Below are positions 47,428 to 56,432 of a stretch of DNA of 64,000 nt, one piece after another. The translations under genes were made by a program, and so were the position numbers. This DNA is from Gammaproteobacteria bacterium (GTDB lineage Bacteria > Pseudomonadota > Gammaproteobacteria > Eutrophobiales > Eutrophobiaceae): positions 102 through 64,101 of the forward strand of contig JAJFKK010000038.1 of the NCBI GenBank assembly GCA_021773245.1, read 5' to 3'. Under the pieces are notes generated by a model. The model was not told where the DNA came from. It did not search any database and was given only the letters and a program-made list of their open reading frames with translations. Each line of letters starts with the position of its first letter. Within the stretch, counting starts at the first letter, position 1.

Positions 47428-50190
47428 ATGCCTACTAATAGAGAAAAAGTTCTAAATTATTTAAACAAGATTTCACCCGGCAGAGCAACCAATAACGATA
47501 TTCTTATAGCTACTGAGATAGAACCTCATCAACAAGTTTTTCAGATCACCGACAATTTGTTCCAATCGGGACAAATTCAAGGAGTAAAAAATGGTAAGGA
47601 GTGGTCGTTTTGGATTGATGAAAATTCAATAAGCGGCGACTCAGTCAATCCTGAAACAGTGAGTGCTAATATGAATCCATTAATTCGCGAGTTATTTCTT
47701 AAATATAAAGCTAATCCTAATGAAGTTTGGGTTTCTGAATATGAAGAAAGAATTAATCAAGTTAGAACATTTCGGAATAAACCAGCGTCGTTTTTAACTG
47801 AAAAAGTTTTGCACGAACTGTGGATGCAAAAAGCGAATGGTATCGCTAATGTAGGACTTGGTTTTATGTATCAAAGTGAGTTTGATGCGTTACAGGAACA
47901 GTTGCCTGAAATAACGATTAAAATTATAAATGAGCCGACCTCTGTAAAACTTGATGAGATAGAAGTTTGGGCTAAACAGCAAAAAGATTTTGGGAATCTA
48001 AAGCATATTACCTGGTCAGTAATCTATCGTGTTTTCGCTGCAGCTAACCCAGATGAGCTATGTACAATAGTTAATAAAGCAAATCTAGACCAATTAATTA
48101 AAACTCTTAATGAAAATTATGGTTTTAATATTTCCACTCAAGGAAATTGGTTTGACAGAAACTCAGCCTTGCTGAAATCCTTAAAGCAAGGAGAATTAGC
48201 TAATCAAGAAGTACATTTGATAAATACCTTTCCATGGATGCTTTATGAGTGGTTAGTGGTACAAGCTCCTGAAAGAAATGCCAGCTTATCAATGGAACAT
48301 GTGATTAGTGCAATAAATGAAATTGATGAACGCGGTGTTAATTCTGGTGAAAAGTCATCTACCTACGATCTCATTCATAATGTAAGGTGTTATCCGCCTA
48401 AACTAGTCTATTCCCTAGCGCATAAATATAAAGATGGAACAGAACTCGATCGATCTGCATTTGAGGGAGGAGAAAATACGCAATGCTTTAGTGACTTACG
48501 TGGTCTTGGCTTTATCATTGAGCGTAAGGATTTTGTTTCTGAATTACTTAAGAAATTTATTCAACAAGCTGATGAAGGCGCTAGTTTAACTACAAGAGAT
48601 TATCCTAAAACGTATTGTGGGTTAGATGTTAATGTAAGTTTTGGCCAGGGCAACTTTTCAAAGGTGCCCTGGATATCATTTTTAGGATATGGTCAAAAAA
48701 CACAGAATGGTATATACCCTGTTTATCTATATTATAAAACTATCAAGGTCCTAGTACTTGCATACGGCGTAAGTACAACAAATGAACCAGAAGTAGTATG
48801 GAAATTTCATGATCATAAAGAAACAATCCGGGATCATTTAGCAAGTGAATATGATTTTCAATTAGAAAAATATGGTTATTCTTATGTTTATTCTTCATAT
48901 CATTTGCCTACTAACCTCACTGATCCTCAAGTCACTCTGGATTTAGACACTGTGATTGCTGAATACCATAAACTGATGGGCGGTACACCAACAGTTTCTC
49001 CCGCTCCTGTTCCGCCAGAACCTGAGCCACCTGTAGAACCAATCTTAGATCCTGAAGCTATATCCAAATCATTTTCTGCTGCTCTGAGTAATTCGAATGT
49101 TCGTTTTGGTGAATCCCATGATGCTAGAGTTAGTGCTTTCGTTTCAAGCTTGATGACAAAACCTCTAGTTATTCTCACCGGCTTGTCTGGTTCAGGCAAA
49201 ACGCAAATCGCCATCCGTTTTGGGGAGTGGCTAGGTAAGGATCGAATGTTAGTAGCGCCAGTTCGTCCTGATTGGACAGGTGCAGAGGCGCTATTTGGAT
49301 ACGAAGATGCACTAAAGCCAATAGTTAATGGCAGAGCTTCTTGGGCTGTGCCAGATACATTAGCATTTATACTCAAAGCTTCGAATAACCCACATTGGCC
49401 GTATTTACTTGTTTTAGATGAAATGAACTTGGCTCACGTCGAACGATATTTTGCCGATGTGTTATCTGGAATGGAATCTGATCAACCTTGCTTGCCTAAT
49501 TTAATTCAAGAGAGTGATGGTTGTTGGCGTATTGCTGATCATGGTCCTGATAAAATTACATTTCCTAAGAATATATTTGTTGTCGGTACGGTAAACGTTG
49601 ATGAAACGACTTATATGTTTTCACCAAAAGTACTCGATCGAGCCAATACGTTTGAGTTTCGGGTGACCACCGATGACTTGGCTGATGATTATATTAAACC
49701 TATACAATGCAAACCAGGTGAAATCGGATTGGTCAGAGGGTTTTTGGAAGTTGGGCGTGATGATGCATGGCATAGTCAGAATGTCTTTACAGAAGCAACA
49801 GATCTTTCTCAACAACTGCGCCATGTACATAGCATGTTAGCTGCACATGGATTTGAGTTTGGCCATCGGGTATTTTATGAGTCCCAACGCTTCGCTGCAA
49901 TTTATGGTGCCACTGGAGAATTCAATTTATCAAATGTATTAGATTTGATTGTGATGCAAAAACTATTGCCACGATTACACGGTTCTCGTCGCCGACTTGA
50001 AGAACTGCTGCGTGCCTTTGCAAAATTTTGTTTTAATAACACCATCGAAACAAAAGAGGAAAGCATAGCCTCAATATTTGAGCCGGAGGATAAAAATACT
50101 GCCGATGCAAAATTGCCCGTTTCATTTGATAAGTTAAAACGTATGTTACGTAGTTTACGAGCCAATCAATTTACGAGTTTTACGGAATAA
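47428..50190 (+). CDS. McrB-like AAA+ GTPase with long N-terminal extension (wHTH, YPPK-type module, DUF3578/MrcB_N-like module)
   Basis: 920 aa; Walker A GLSGSGKT, Walker B/McrB signature LLVLDEMNLAHVERYFADVLS, GTVNVDETT...S.KVLDRA; residues ~390-450 GQGNFSKVPWISFL...GIYPVYLYY resemble DUF3578. Confidence 0.8.
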   Translation: MPTNREKVLNYLNKISPGRATNNDILIATEIEPHQQVFQITDNLFQSGQIQGVKNGKEWSFWIDENSISGDSVNPETVSANMNPLIRELFLKYKANPNEVWVSEYEERINQVRTFRNKPASFLTEKVLHELWMQKANGIANVGLGFMYQSEFDALQEQLPEITIKIINEPTSVKLDEIEVWAKQQKDFGNLKHITWSVIYRVFAAANPDELCTIVNKANLDQLIKTLNENYGFNISTQGNWFDRNSALLKSLKQGELANQEVHLINTFPWMLYEWLVVQAPERNASLSMEHVISAINEIDERGVNSGEKSSTYDLIHNVRCYPPKLVYSLAHKYKDGTELDRSAFEGGENTQCFSDLRGLGFIIERKDFVSELLKKFIQQADEGASLTTRDYPKTYCGLDVNVSFGQGNFSKVPWISFLGYGQKTQNGIYPVYLYYKTIKVLVLAYGVSTTNEPEVVWKFHDHKETIRDHLASEYDFQLEKYGYSYVYSSYHLPTNLTDPQVTLDLDTVIAEYHKLMGGTPTVSPAPVPPEPEPPVEPILDPEAISKSFSAALSNSNVRFGESHDARVSAFVSSLMTKPLVILTGLSGSGKTQIAIRFGEWLGKDRMLVAPVRPDWTGAEALFGYEDALKPIVNGRASWAVPDTLAFILKASNNPHWPYLLVLDEMNLAHVERYFADVLSGMESDQPCLPNLIQESDGCWRIADHGPDKITFPKNIFVVGTVNVDETTYMFSPKVLDRANTFEFRVTTDDLADDYIKPIQCKPGEIGLVRGFLEVGRDDAWHSQNVFTEATDLSQQLRHVHSMLAAHGFEFGHRVFYESQRFAAIYGATGEFNLSNVLDLIVMQKLLPRLHGSRRRLEELLRAFAKFCFNNTIETKEESIASIFEPEDKNTADAKLPVSFDKLKRMLRSLRANQFTSFTE

Positions 50191-50193
50191 ACA

Positions 50194-52485
50194 ATGCCTG
50201 CCTGCGAAGCAACGCAGTTAGCTGTTTTAGATCAAGCCAATATTGCTCGCGCTTGTATTAGTTTGTCATTATTACCAAATAAAAAGTCGGATAAGAACCT
50301 CGTTCCGCCCTTAATCGTCTTAGATAAACATTCTGAATCAAACGCAGTTCCCCCAGTTCAATTACTTGAAGGTTGTGAATACCGCTATGAGTTTATTGAA
50401 TTAAAAGATATCAAGGGCGTAATCACAACCGATCATGCTGATGTCTTTCAGCCTGATACAAACGATGGTCGAAGTGGGCGAGTTCGGCCGGAACTGTATA
50501 CGGGGACGCTTCCAATTAGAGTCTTTCTCGATGGGAAAGATTTTGGTTCCTTCTCCCTTGAGGTGCGTTCTAGAAAACTAGATTATTTAAAAGAATACCG
50601 ATGGATGGTCAGGGATCTGGCTGAGCAAATGTCAGAAATAGTAATGAATCGTTTTGCACCTGCAATTCAACGTTTCAGTATAGATGACACAAAAGATGCG
50701 CAAACGCTTTATCAACGGTTTGCTTTTCTTAAATCTTTAATTGGCAGTGAAGAATTTCAAGCTGCTTTAAGTGAGATTGTTCATCATCCTCATGTTGCCT
50801 GGATTGATTTTCATGAGCCTGTACATCCGAGCAAGGGACTCAAAGCGGGTTCCTATGTCTCCCGTCAATTGGCCAAGAGTGGTCCAAGGCAAGAATGGAA
50901 ACATGGAATTATCTCAACCATTCCTCAAAATATTTATCGACATATAACAGAAGTAACTGTTGATACCACGCCGAATCGATTCGTTAAGTTTGCTATTGAA
51001 CGTTGGCGCGATGTGGTGGCAAGAATTGGTGAGTTACTTGCTGCGCAATCACAGAATCCAGTAATTGATAGGGGTGTACGGGAAGTAATTGAAATCCTTG
51101 ATTATCTCGATGCTATTTTAGCTGAAGGTTTGTTTAGAGAATTAGGAACGCTCGATAACTTTCCTGCAGATAACCAAGTGCTGCACAAACGGGAAGGTTA
51201 TCGAGATGTGTTTCGAGCCTATATCCAATTTGATGTGGCGGCAAAGTTATCATGGGATGGCGGCGAAGATGTTTATGGCGCGGGTAAACAAGACGTTGCG
51301 ACTTTATATGAATATTGGGTCTTCATGAAACTAGCGCAATTGATTTCTGAACTTTGTGATACGCCTTTTAAATTTTCTGATTTGATTAAGGTTGAAGAGG
51401 ATGCTTTAAATGTAATCCTTAAAAAAGGGAGGCGATGTGTATTGAAAGGGATTGTAGAACGCCGCGGGCGAATGATGGATGTGGAGCTCTGGTTCAATCG
51501 TACCTTTGGCAATAGAGCTCAAGGTGAAGGTTCTTGGTCACGACAAATGCGACCGGATTATTCACTAAAGATTTCCCCATCGAAAGATGAAGTTGCTCAT
51601 TTTGAGCCGGTTTACGTGCATTTTGATGCCAAATATCGAATTGACCGAATAGAAGATGTATTTAGGCCAGGCGAAGAAGATAGCTCTGAGTATGAAGTAA
51701 CTAACAGTAATTCGCCTGCTGCTACTGCAAAACGTGATGATCTATTAAAAATGCATGCCTATCGAGATGCTATACATCGTTCAGCCGGCGCCTATGTTTT
51801 ATACCCTGGTACTGAAGTAAAGGTGTATCGAGAATATCATGAACTCCTACCTGGCTTGGGGGCATTTGCCTTAAGACCTACCGAAGATGGAGAGGCAGCA
51901 GGCAAACTACCCTTGGAACGATTCATCGAAGATGTGCTTGAGCATGTTGCTTCTCAGATCACTCAGCATGAGCGAGGGCGATATTGGGTTAAAGAAGCTT
52001 ATGCCGAACAAGATTATTTCACTAGCGAAATACCTGCGGCATCTTTTCTAAAGCACCCTCCAGCAGATACGCAAGTGTTATTAGGTTACGTTAAGAATAA
52101 GAAGCATTGGGACTGGATAGAGAAAAACAAACTTTATAACGTTAGAGGCTACGGTAAAAGAGGGAAGATTGGATTAGGCTCAAAAGAACTGGGTTCGGAC
52201 ATAATTCTCTTGTCATGCCCTAGCGAAAAGCTAGTAGCAATTGCACGAATCATTGGTTCACCTGAATTGCATACCAAAGAAGAGATGGAAGAAAATAATT
52301 ATCCTAAACCAAAAGGAATTTACTATTGTTTCAATTTGGAAATGATTATTGATGAATATTGGTGTGGATTTGTAAGCAGTGAATTGATTGAAAAAGTACG
52401 GTCTACATTAACTCCCAATAAAGAGCCTATTGTTATGTCATGGTTAAAATTGATTCGAAGTATAGAAGTAAAAAATGACGTATAG
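50194..52485 (+). CDS. McrC-like PD-(D/E)xK nuclease with DUF2357-like N-terminal region and extra C-terminal module
   Basis: 763 aa; starts 3 nt after the McrB-like stop; LYEYWVF, RPDYSL, VHFDAKYR (D-x-K), LLKMHAYRDAI, AYVLYPG. Confidence 0.7.
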   Translation: MPACEATQLAVLDQANIARACISLSLLPNKKSDKNLVPPLIVLDKHSESNAVPPVQLLEGCEYRYEFIELKDIKGVITTDHADVFQPDTNDGRSGRVRPELYTGTLPIRVFLDGKDFGSFSLEVRSRKLDYLKEYRWMVRDLAEQMSEIVMNRFAPAIQRFSIDDTKDAQTLYQRFAFLKSLIGSEEFQAALSEIVHHPHVAWIDFHEPVHPSKGLKAGSYVSRQLAKSGPRQEWKHGIISTIPQNIYRHITEVTVDTTPNRFVKFAIERWRDVVARIGELLAAQSQNPVIDRGVREVIEILDYLDAILAEGLFRELGTLDNFPADNQVLHKREGYRDVFRAYIQFDVAAKLSWDGGEDVYGAGKQDVATLYEYWVFMKLAQLISELCDTPFKFSDLIKVEEDALNVILKKGRRCVLKGIVERRGRMMDVELWFNRTFGNRAQGEGSWSRQMRPDYSLKISPSKDEVAHFEPVYVHFDAKYRIDRIEDVFRPGEEDSSEYEVTNSNSPAATAKRDDLLKMHAYRDAIHRSAGAYVLYPGTEVKVYREYHELLPGLGAFALRPTEDGEAAGKLPLERFIEDVLEHVASQITQHERGRYWVKEAYAEQDYFTSEIPAASFLKHPPADTQVLLGYVKNKKHWDWIEKNKLYNVRGYGKRGKIGLGSKELGSDIILLSCPSEKLVAIARIIGSPELHTKEEMEENNYPKPKGIYYCFNLEMIIDEYWCGFVSSELIEKVRSTLTPNKEPIVMSWLKLIRSIEVKNDV

Positions 52486-52869
52486 ATGTCTATGTCAAAA
52501 ACAGATTGCCCTTTTTGTAATATATCTAATTCTGAAATTTTAATTCGGAACGAGTTATGTTATGCGCGATTGGATCTGTATCCAGTTTCTGAAGGCCATG
52601 TTTTGATTATTCCGTTTCGTCATTTTTCAAATTATTTTGATGTTACACAAGATGAAAAAAATGCCATTTGGTCTCTTGTAGATGAAATGAAACAAGTCAT
52701 CAGACAGGAACACAGTCCAGATGGTTATAATATCGGGATGAATGTAGGTCGAGCAGCAGGACAAACTGTCCCCCACTTACATGTTCATATCATTCCAAGA
52801 TACGAAGGCGATGTTGAGAATCCTAAAGGTGGCGTTCGAGGAGTGATACCGGTCAAACAAAAATATTAG
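52486..52869 (+). CDS. HIT-family nucleotide hydrolase/transferase
   Basis: 127 aa; histidine triad HLHVHIIP; CPFC N-terminus; ATG directly abuts the McrC-like stop (TAGATG). Confidence 0.85.
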   Translation: MSMSKTDCPFCNISNSEILIRNELCYARLDLYPVSEGHVLIIPFRHFSNYFDVTQDEKNAIWSLVDEMKQVIRQEHSPDGYNIGMNVGRAAGQTVPHLHVHIIPRYEGDVENPKGGVRGVIPVKQKY

Positions 52870-52885
52870 TTTTCTAATTAATTTA

Positions 52886-53038
52886 ATGAAACTTTTTACA
52901 CAAAATAAAGAGCAAATAAAGACCTTTGACGACTGGGCCAATATTTTTCTAGGTACTAAAAAGGCCAAGCATTGGAAAGAGGGACGCAGTGCTTACTCAA
53001 TTGCTGTCTTTATTATGAATCATAATGGCCAAGCGTAG
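52886..53038 (+). pseudogene. 50-codon ORF, probable truncated gene remnant
   Basis: MKLFTQNKEQIKTFDDWANIFLGTKKAKHWKEGRSAYSIAVFIMNHNGQA-stop; the HWK.GRSA..A motif looks like the N-terminus of a longer family; assignment uncertain. Confidence 0.3.
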
Positions 53039-53092
53039 TTTATGCTGGTGAAGAAATAATTATCACTAATAATTTATAAAACGAGATAAATA

Positions 53093-56000
53093 ATGCATAG
53101 GGAAAGTGGCATATCACGAACATTTGACCTCTTCGCAGAAGAAGAGAAGATTGATAGTCATAAGATCCCGGGTTGGCCTTCCTACGCACGTTTCCCACTT
53201 AACATAGACGGCTATCATGTTGAAGATGTTGTTTTAAATGATCTAAAATCCAGTAAATCACCACTCATCATTACAGGTTTTGCTAGTTTAGATAACCTTA
53301 TTGATTTTTGTTTTGATGCCCATATAAATAATCCAAAAATTCATACACGATTACTAATTGGTCAGGAACCTTTTCCTTCTCGTAGAGAAACCTTTTCAGT
53401 TAACCAAAACCATTTGACTGAAGAAGTAGAAGCCTATTGGTTGGAACGTGGCATTTCATTGATTTATTCAGCCAAGTTAATTCATATGGTTGAGCTATTA
53501 AAGAATGGAAAAATTGAAGCGCGATATATGCCTGGTAGTCGGCGTCTTCATGCAAAGATATATTGTGGCGATGAAGCAGCAACGGTTGGTTCATCCAATT
53601 TTACCCATCCGGGACTAAAAGGACAGATTGAAGCTAATGCTCGTTTTGAAAAAGATGGGCGTTCTAGTCGGTTTGAAGAACTCACTACCATAGCTGAAAA
53701 TTATTGGACGTTGGGAAGAAGTTACCAGGATCAACTAATCGAATTATTAGAAAAATTATTACGCGTTGTAACATGGGAGGAAGCTTTAGCGCGAGCTTGT
53801 GCTGAGCTATTAGAAGGTGAGTGGGCGGAAAAATATATTCGAGGTGAATACTTATCGGGTTCAGGTAGTTTATGGCCTTCCCAAAAACAGGGTATAGCGC
53901 AAGCACTTACAATATTATCGACTCAAGGTAGTGTTTTAATCGCTGATGCTACCGGTGCTGGGAAAACCAAGATGGGTACTTACTTAATAGGTGCTGTGCA
54001 GGATCATATCTTACGTACAGGCAGAATGCGTCAAGGTAAAGCATTAATGATTTGTCCTCCAACAGCAGAATCAAATTGGAAACGGGAATCAAACTTATCA
54101 GGTGTTGCTTTAGATCCTTATTCACATGGAATTTTCAGTAATGAGAGAACAAAAGGACATGATGATACTGTTGATGCTCTACGTAGAGCGCAAATCCTTT
54201 CAGTTGATGAAGGGCATAACTTCCTTAATTTTAAATCTCAAAGAACTCAAAAACTATTAAGAAATATGGCAGACCATGTCATGTTGTTTACTGCTACGCC
54301 AATTAATAAAAGCGTGAATGACCTACTGAGAATGGCCGATATGCTTGGTGCCGATAATTTATCTGAATCAGTTATTTCGGCATTTAAGAAGATGTTAGGT
54401 GTTCGAAATCTGAGTAGACAATTATCAGAGAAAGAACTTGATGAGTTAAGGACGGAAATAAAAAAATTTACAGTTCGACGTACAAAGAAGCAGTTGAATA
54501 AGCTTGTTGATAGAGAGCCGGATAAATATACAGATATTAATGGTAAGCAATGCCGTTTTCCGAAGCATTTGCCAAAAGTCTACAGTCTATATGAATCTGA
54601 TGATGATAAAGAAATTGCAAATAAAATAAAAAAACTAGCAAGTGAATTATATGGCGTCACTCATTTTGTTAAAACAATTAAAATGCCTGATATTTTTATT
54701 AAACAAGGTTTGACAGAAGAAAAATATTTACAAGGGCGTTTGGCTTCGGCAAAAAGTTTAGCCCGATATATGATCATGTCTTGTTTAAGGTCATCACGAG
54801 CAGCACTGATTGAGCATGCTGTTGGTACAGATGAAGCAATTGAGTTTAGTCAAATAACGGGTTTTCATAAAAGCAACAAAAGCAAAGGGATGACGGAGCA
54901 AATAAAATCAATAAAAGATAAGTTGCCCGAGAATCAATTAAGCATCGACCTTCCTCTATGGTTAACTAATAAAAAAGATCATGGAGATGCTTGTGCTAAT
55001 GACTTCAGAATTTATAGAAAAATTGCTGATCTTGCAGCGCACATGAGTGATAGTAGAGAAATATCTAAGGCTAAAAGATTAATGAGCTTATTAAAAAAGC
55101 ATGATCTTGTTTTAGCATTTGATAGGAAGCCAATTACTTTAGCTGTCATTAATCAAAAAATAAGTCTTAATAAAGATAATAGGGTGCTTGTTGCATGGGG
55201 AGAAAAAGGGAGTGACAAGGATAAAGTTATAAAAACATTTGCATTTGGTTCAGAAGAAAAAGGTGTTATCGGTCTTTGTTCAGATAGTCTTGCCGAAGCA
55301 GTAAATCTTCAACAGGCATCGTGTTTATTACACTTGGATATGCCAAGTGTAGTTCGGATAGCCGAGCAGAGAGCTGGAAGAATAGACCGTATGGATAGTC
55401 CCCATAAGAATATAGAAATATGGTGGCCGGATGATGCGGAAGAATTTTCATTGACATCCGATGAACGATTTATTGAACGATATGACACAGTAGAAAAATT
55501 ATTAGGTTCAAATATGCCTTTGCCAGAAATTATGAAACGGCACAGTAGAAAAGTAGTAACGACAAAAGACATGATTGAAGAAGTTGAGTTAAAAGAAAAT
55601 ATTTGGGATGGAATAGACGACGCATTTTCATCCGTTCGTTCATTAGTTGAAGGTGAAACTGCTATAGTTTCTACAGAAGTATACGAAAGGTATGTATCCG
55701 TTAAAGAACGTGTTTTATCAAGAGTGAGTCTTGTTAGATCTCATTCTCCGTGGGCATTGTTTTGTATTACATCAGGTAGTTTCGGTTCGCCAACATGGGT
55801 ATTACTTCCTAGTTTAGGTGGGCAGGCAGAAACAGAACTTAGTCGTATTGTTGATAAAATACGTAAGCGTTTAACTGATGACGTGGAAGATGTGAAGCTT
55901 GATGAGAATAGTGCAAAGTTACTGGATCATTTTTTAAATCGACTGTCTGTAAGTGAACGGAGTTTATTGTCCAGAAAGAAACAAAGAGCATTGGAAGAAA

Positions 56001-56335
56001 TGGAACTTATAATTGGTAAGCTAAAAACAAAGAGTGAGAGTAAAAAACATATTGATCACTTGCTAGATGTTGAGAAGATGTTAACTAATCCACCAAAAGA
56101 TAAACAGCCAGATTGGGATGAAGTTGCTTCTAGATGGCTGGATGTGATTAGGCCAGTTTGGTTTGATAAATTAAATAATCCTAGAAACAAACCACTTCTT
56201 TTAAAAGATATTCGAAATGAACTGATGAAAGAACCTAAATGGCTAGTGAGTGAAATTGTAGAACATTTTAGACGTTTTCCGATATTGCCTGGGCCAGAAG
56301 AAAGGATTAAGGCTTGTATTATTGGTGTGAATTAA
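53093..56335 (+). CDS. PLD (HKD) nuclease domain fused to SF2 (SNF2/DEAD-like) helicase
   Basis: 1080 aa; single HKD motif HAKIYCGDEAATVGSSNF (H153); helicase motifs ADATGAGKT, DEGHNF, TATPINKS, QRAGRIDR; ~280-aa uncharacterised C-terminus. Confidence 0.8.
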   Translation: MHRESGISRTFDLFAEEEKIDSHKIPGWPSYARFPLNIDGYHVEDVVLNDLKSSKSPLIITGFASLDNLIDFCFDAHINNPKIHTRLLIGQEPFPSRRETFSVNQNHLTEEVEAYWLERGISLIYSAKLIHMVELLKNGKIEARYMPGSRRLHAKIYCGDEAATVGSSNFTHPGLKGQIEANARFEKDGRSSRFEELTTIAENYWTLGRSYQDQLIELLEKLLRVVTWEEALARACAELLEGEWAEKYIRGEYLSGSGSLWPSQKQGIAQALTILSTQGSVLIADATGAGKTKMGTYLIGAVQDHILRTGRMRQGKALMICPPTAESNWKRESNLSGVALDPYSHGIFSNERTKGHDDTVDALRRAQILSVDEGHNFLNFKSQRTQKLLRNMADHVMLFTATPINKSVNDLLRMADMLGADNLSESVISAFKKMLGVRNLSRQLSEKELDELRTEIKKFTVRRTKKQLNKLVDREPDKYTDINGKQCRFPKHLPKVYSLYESDDDKEIANKIKKLASELYGVTHFVKTIKMPDIFIKQGLTEEKYLQGRLASAKSLARYMIMSCLRSSRAALIEHAVGTDEAIEFSQITGFHKSNKSKGMTEQIKSIKDKLPENQLSIDLPLWLTNKKDHGDACANDFRIYRKIADLAAHMSDSREISKAKRLMSLLKKHDLVLAFDRKPITLAVINQKISLNKDNRVLVAWGEKGSDKDKVIKTFAFGSEEKGVIGLCSDSLAEAVNLQQASCLLHLDMPSVVRIAEQRAGRIDRMDSPHKNIEIWWPDDAEEFSLTSDERFIERYDTVEKLLGSNMPLPEIMKRHSRKVVTTKDMIEEVELKENIWDGIDDAFSSVRSLVEGETAIVSTEVYERYVSVKERVLSRVSLVRSHSPWALFCITSGSFGSPTWVLLPSLGGQAETELSRIVDKIRKRLTDDVEDVKLDENSAKLLDHFLNRLSVSERSLLSRKKQRALEEMELIIGKLKTKSESKKHIDHLLDVEKMLTNPPKDKQPDWDEVASRWLDVIRPVWFDKLNNPRNKPLLLKDIRNELMKEPKWLVSEIVEHFRRFPILPGPEERIKACIIGVN

Positions 56336-56432
56336 GAGGTAATCTTTCCTAAAGTTACCTTGAAAATACCCGATAAACCCCTATATAAAGGTTGACAAAA
56401 GTTGACGAATTAAGAGAGAATACGCCCCGTTT

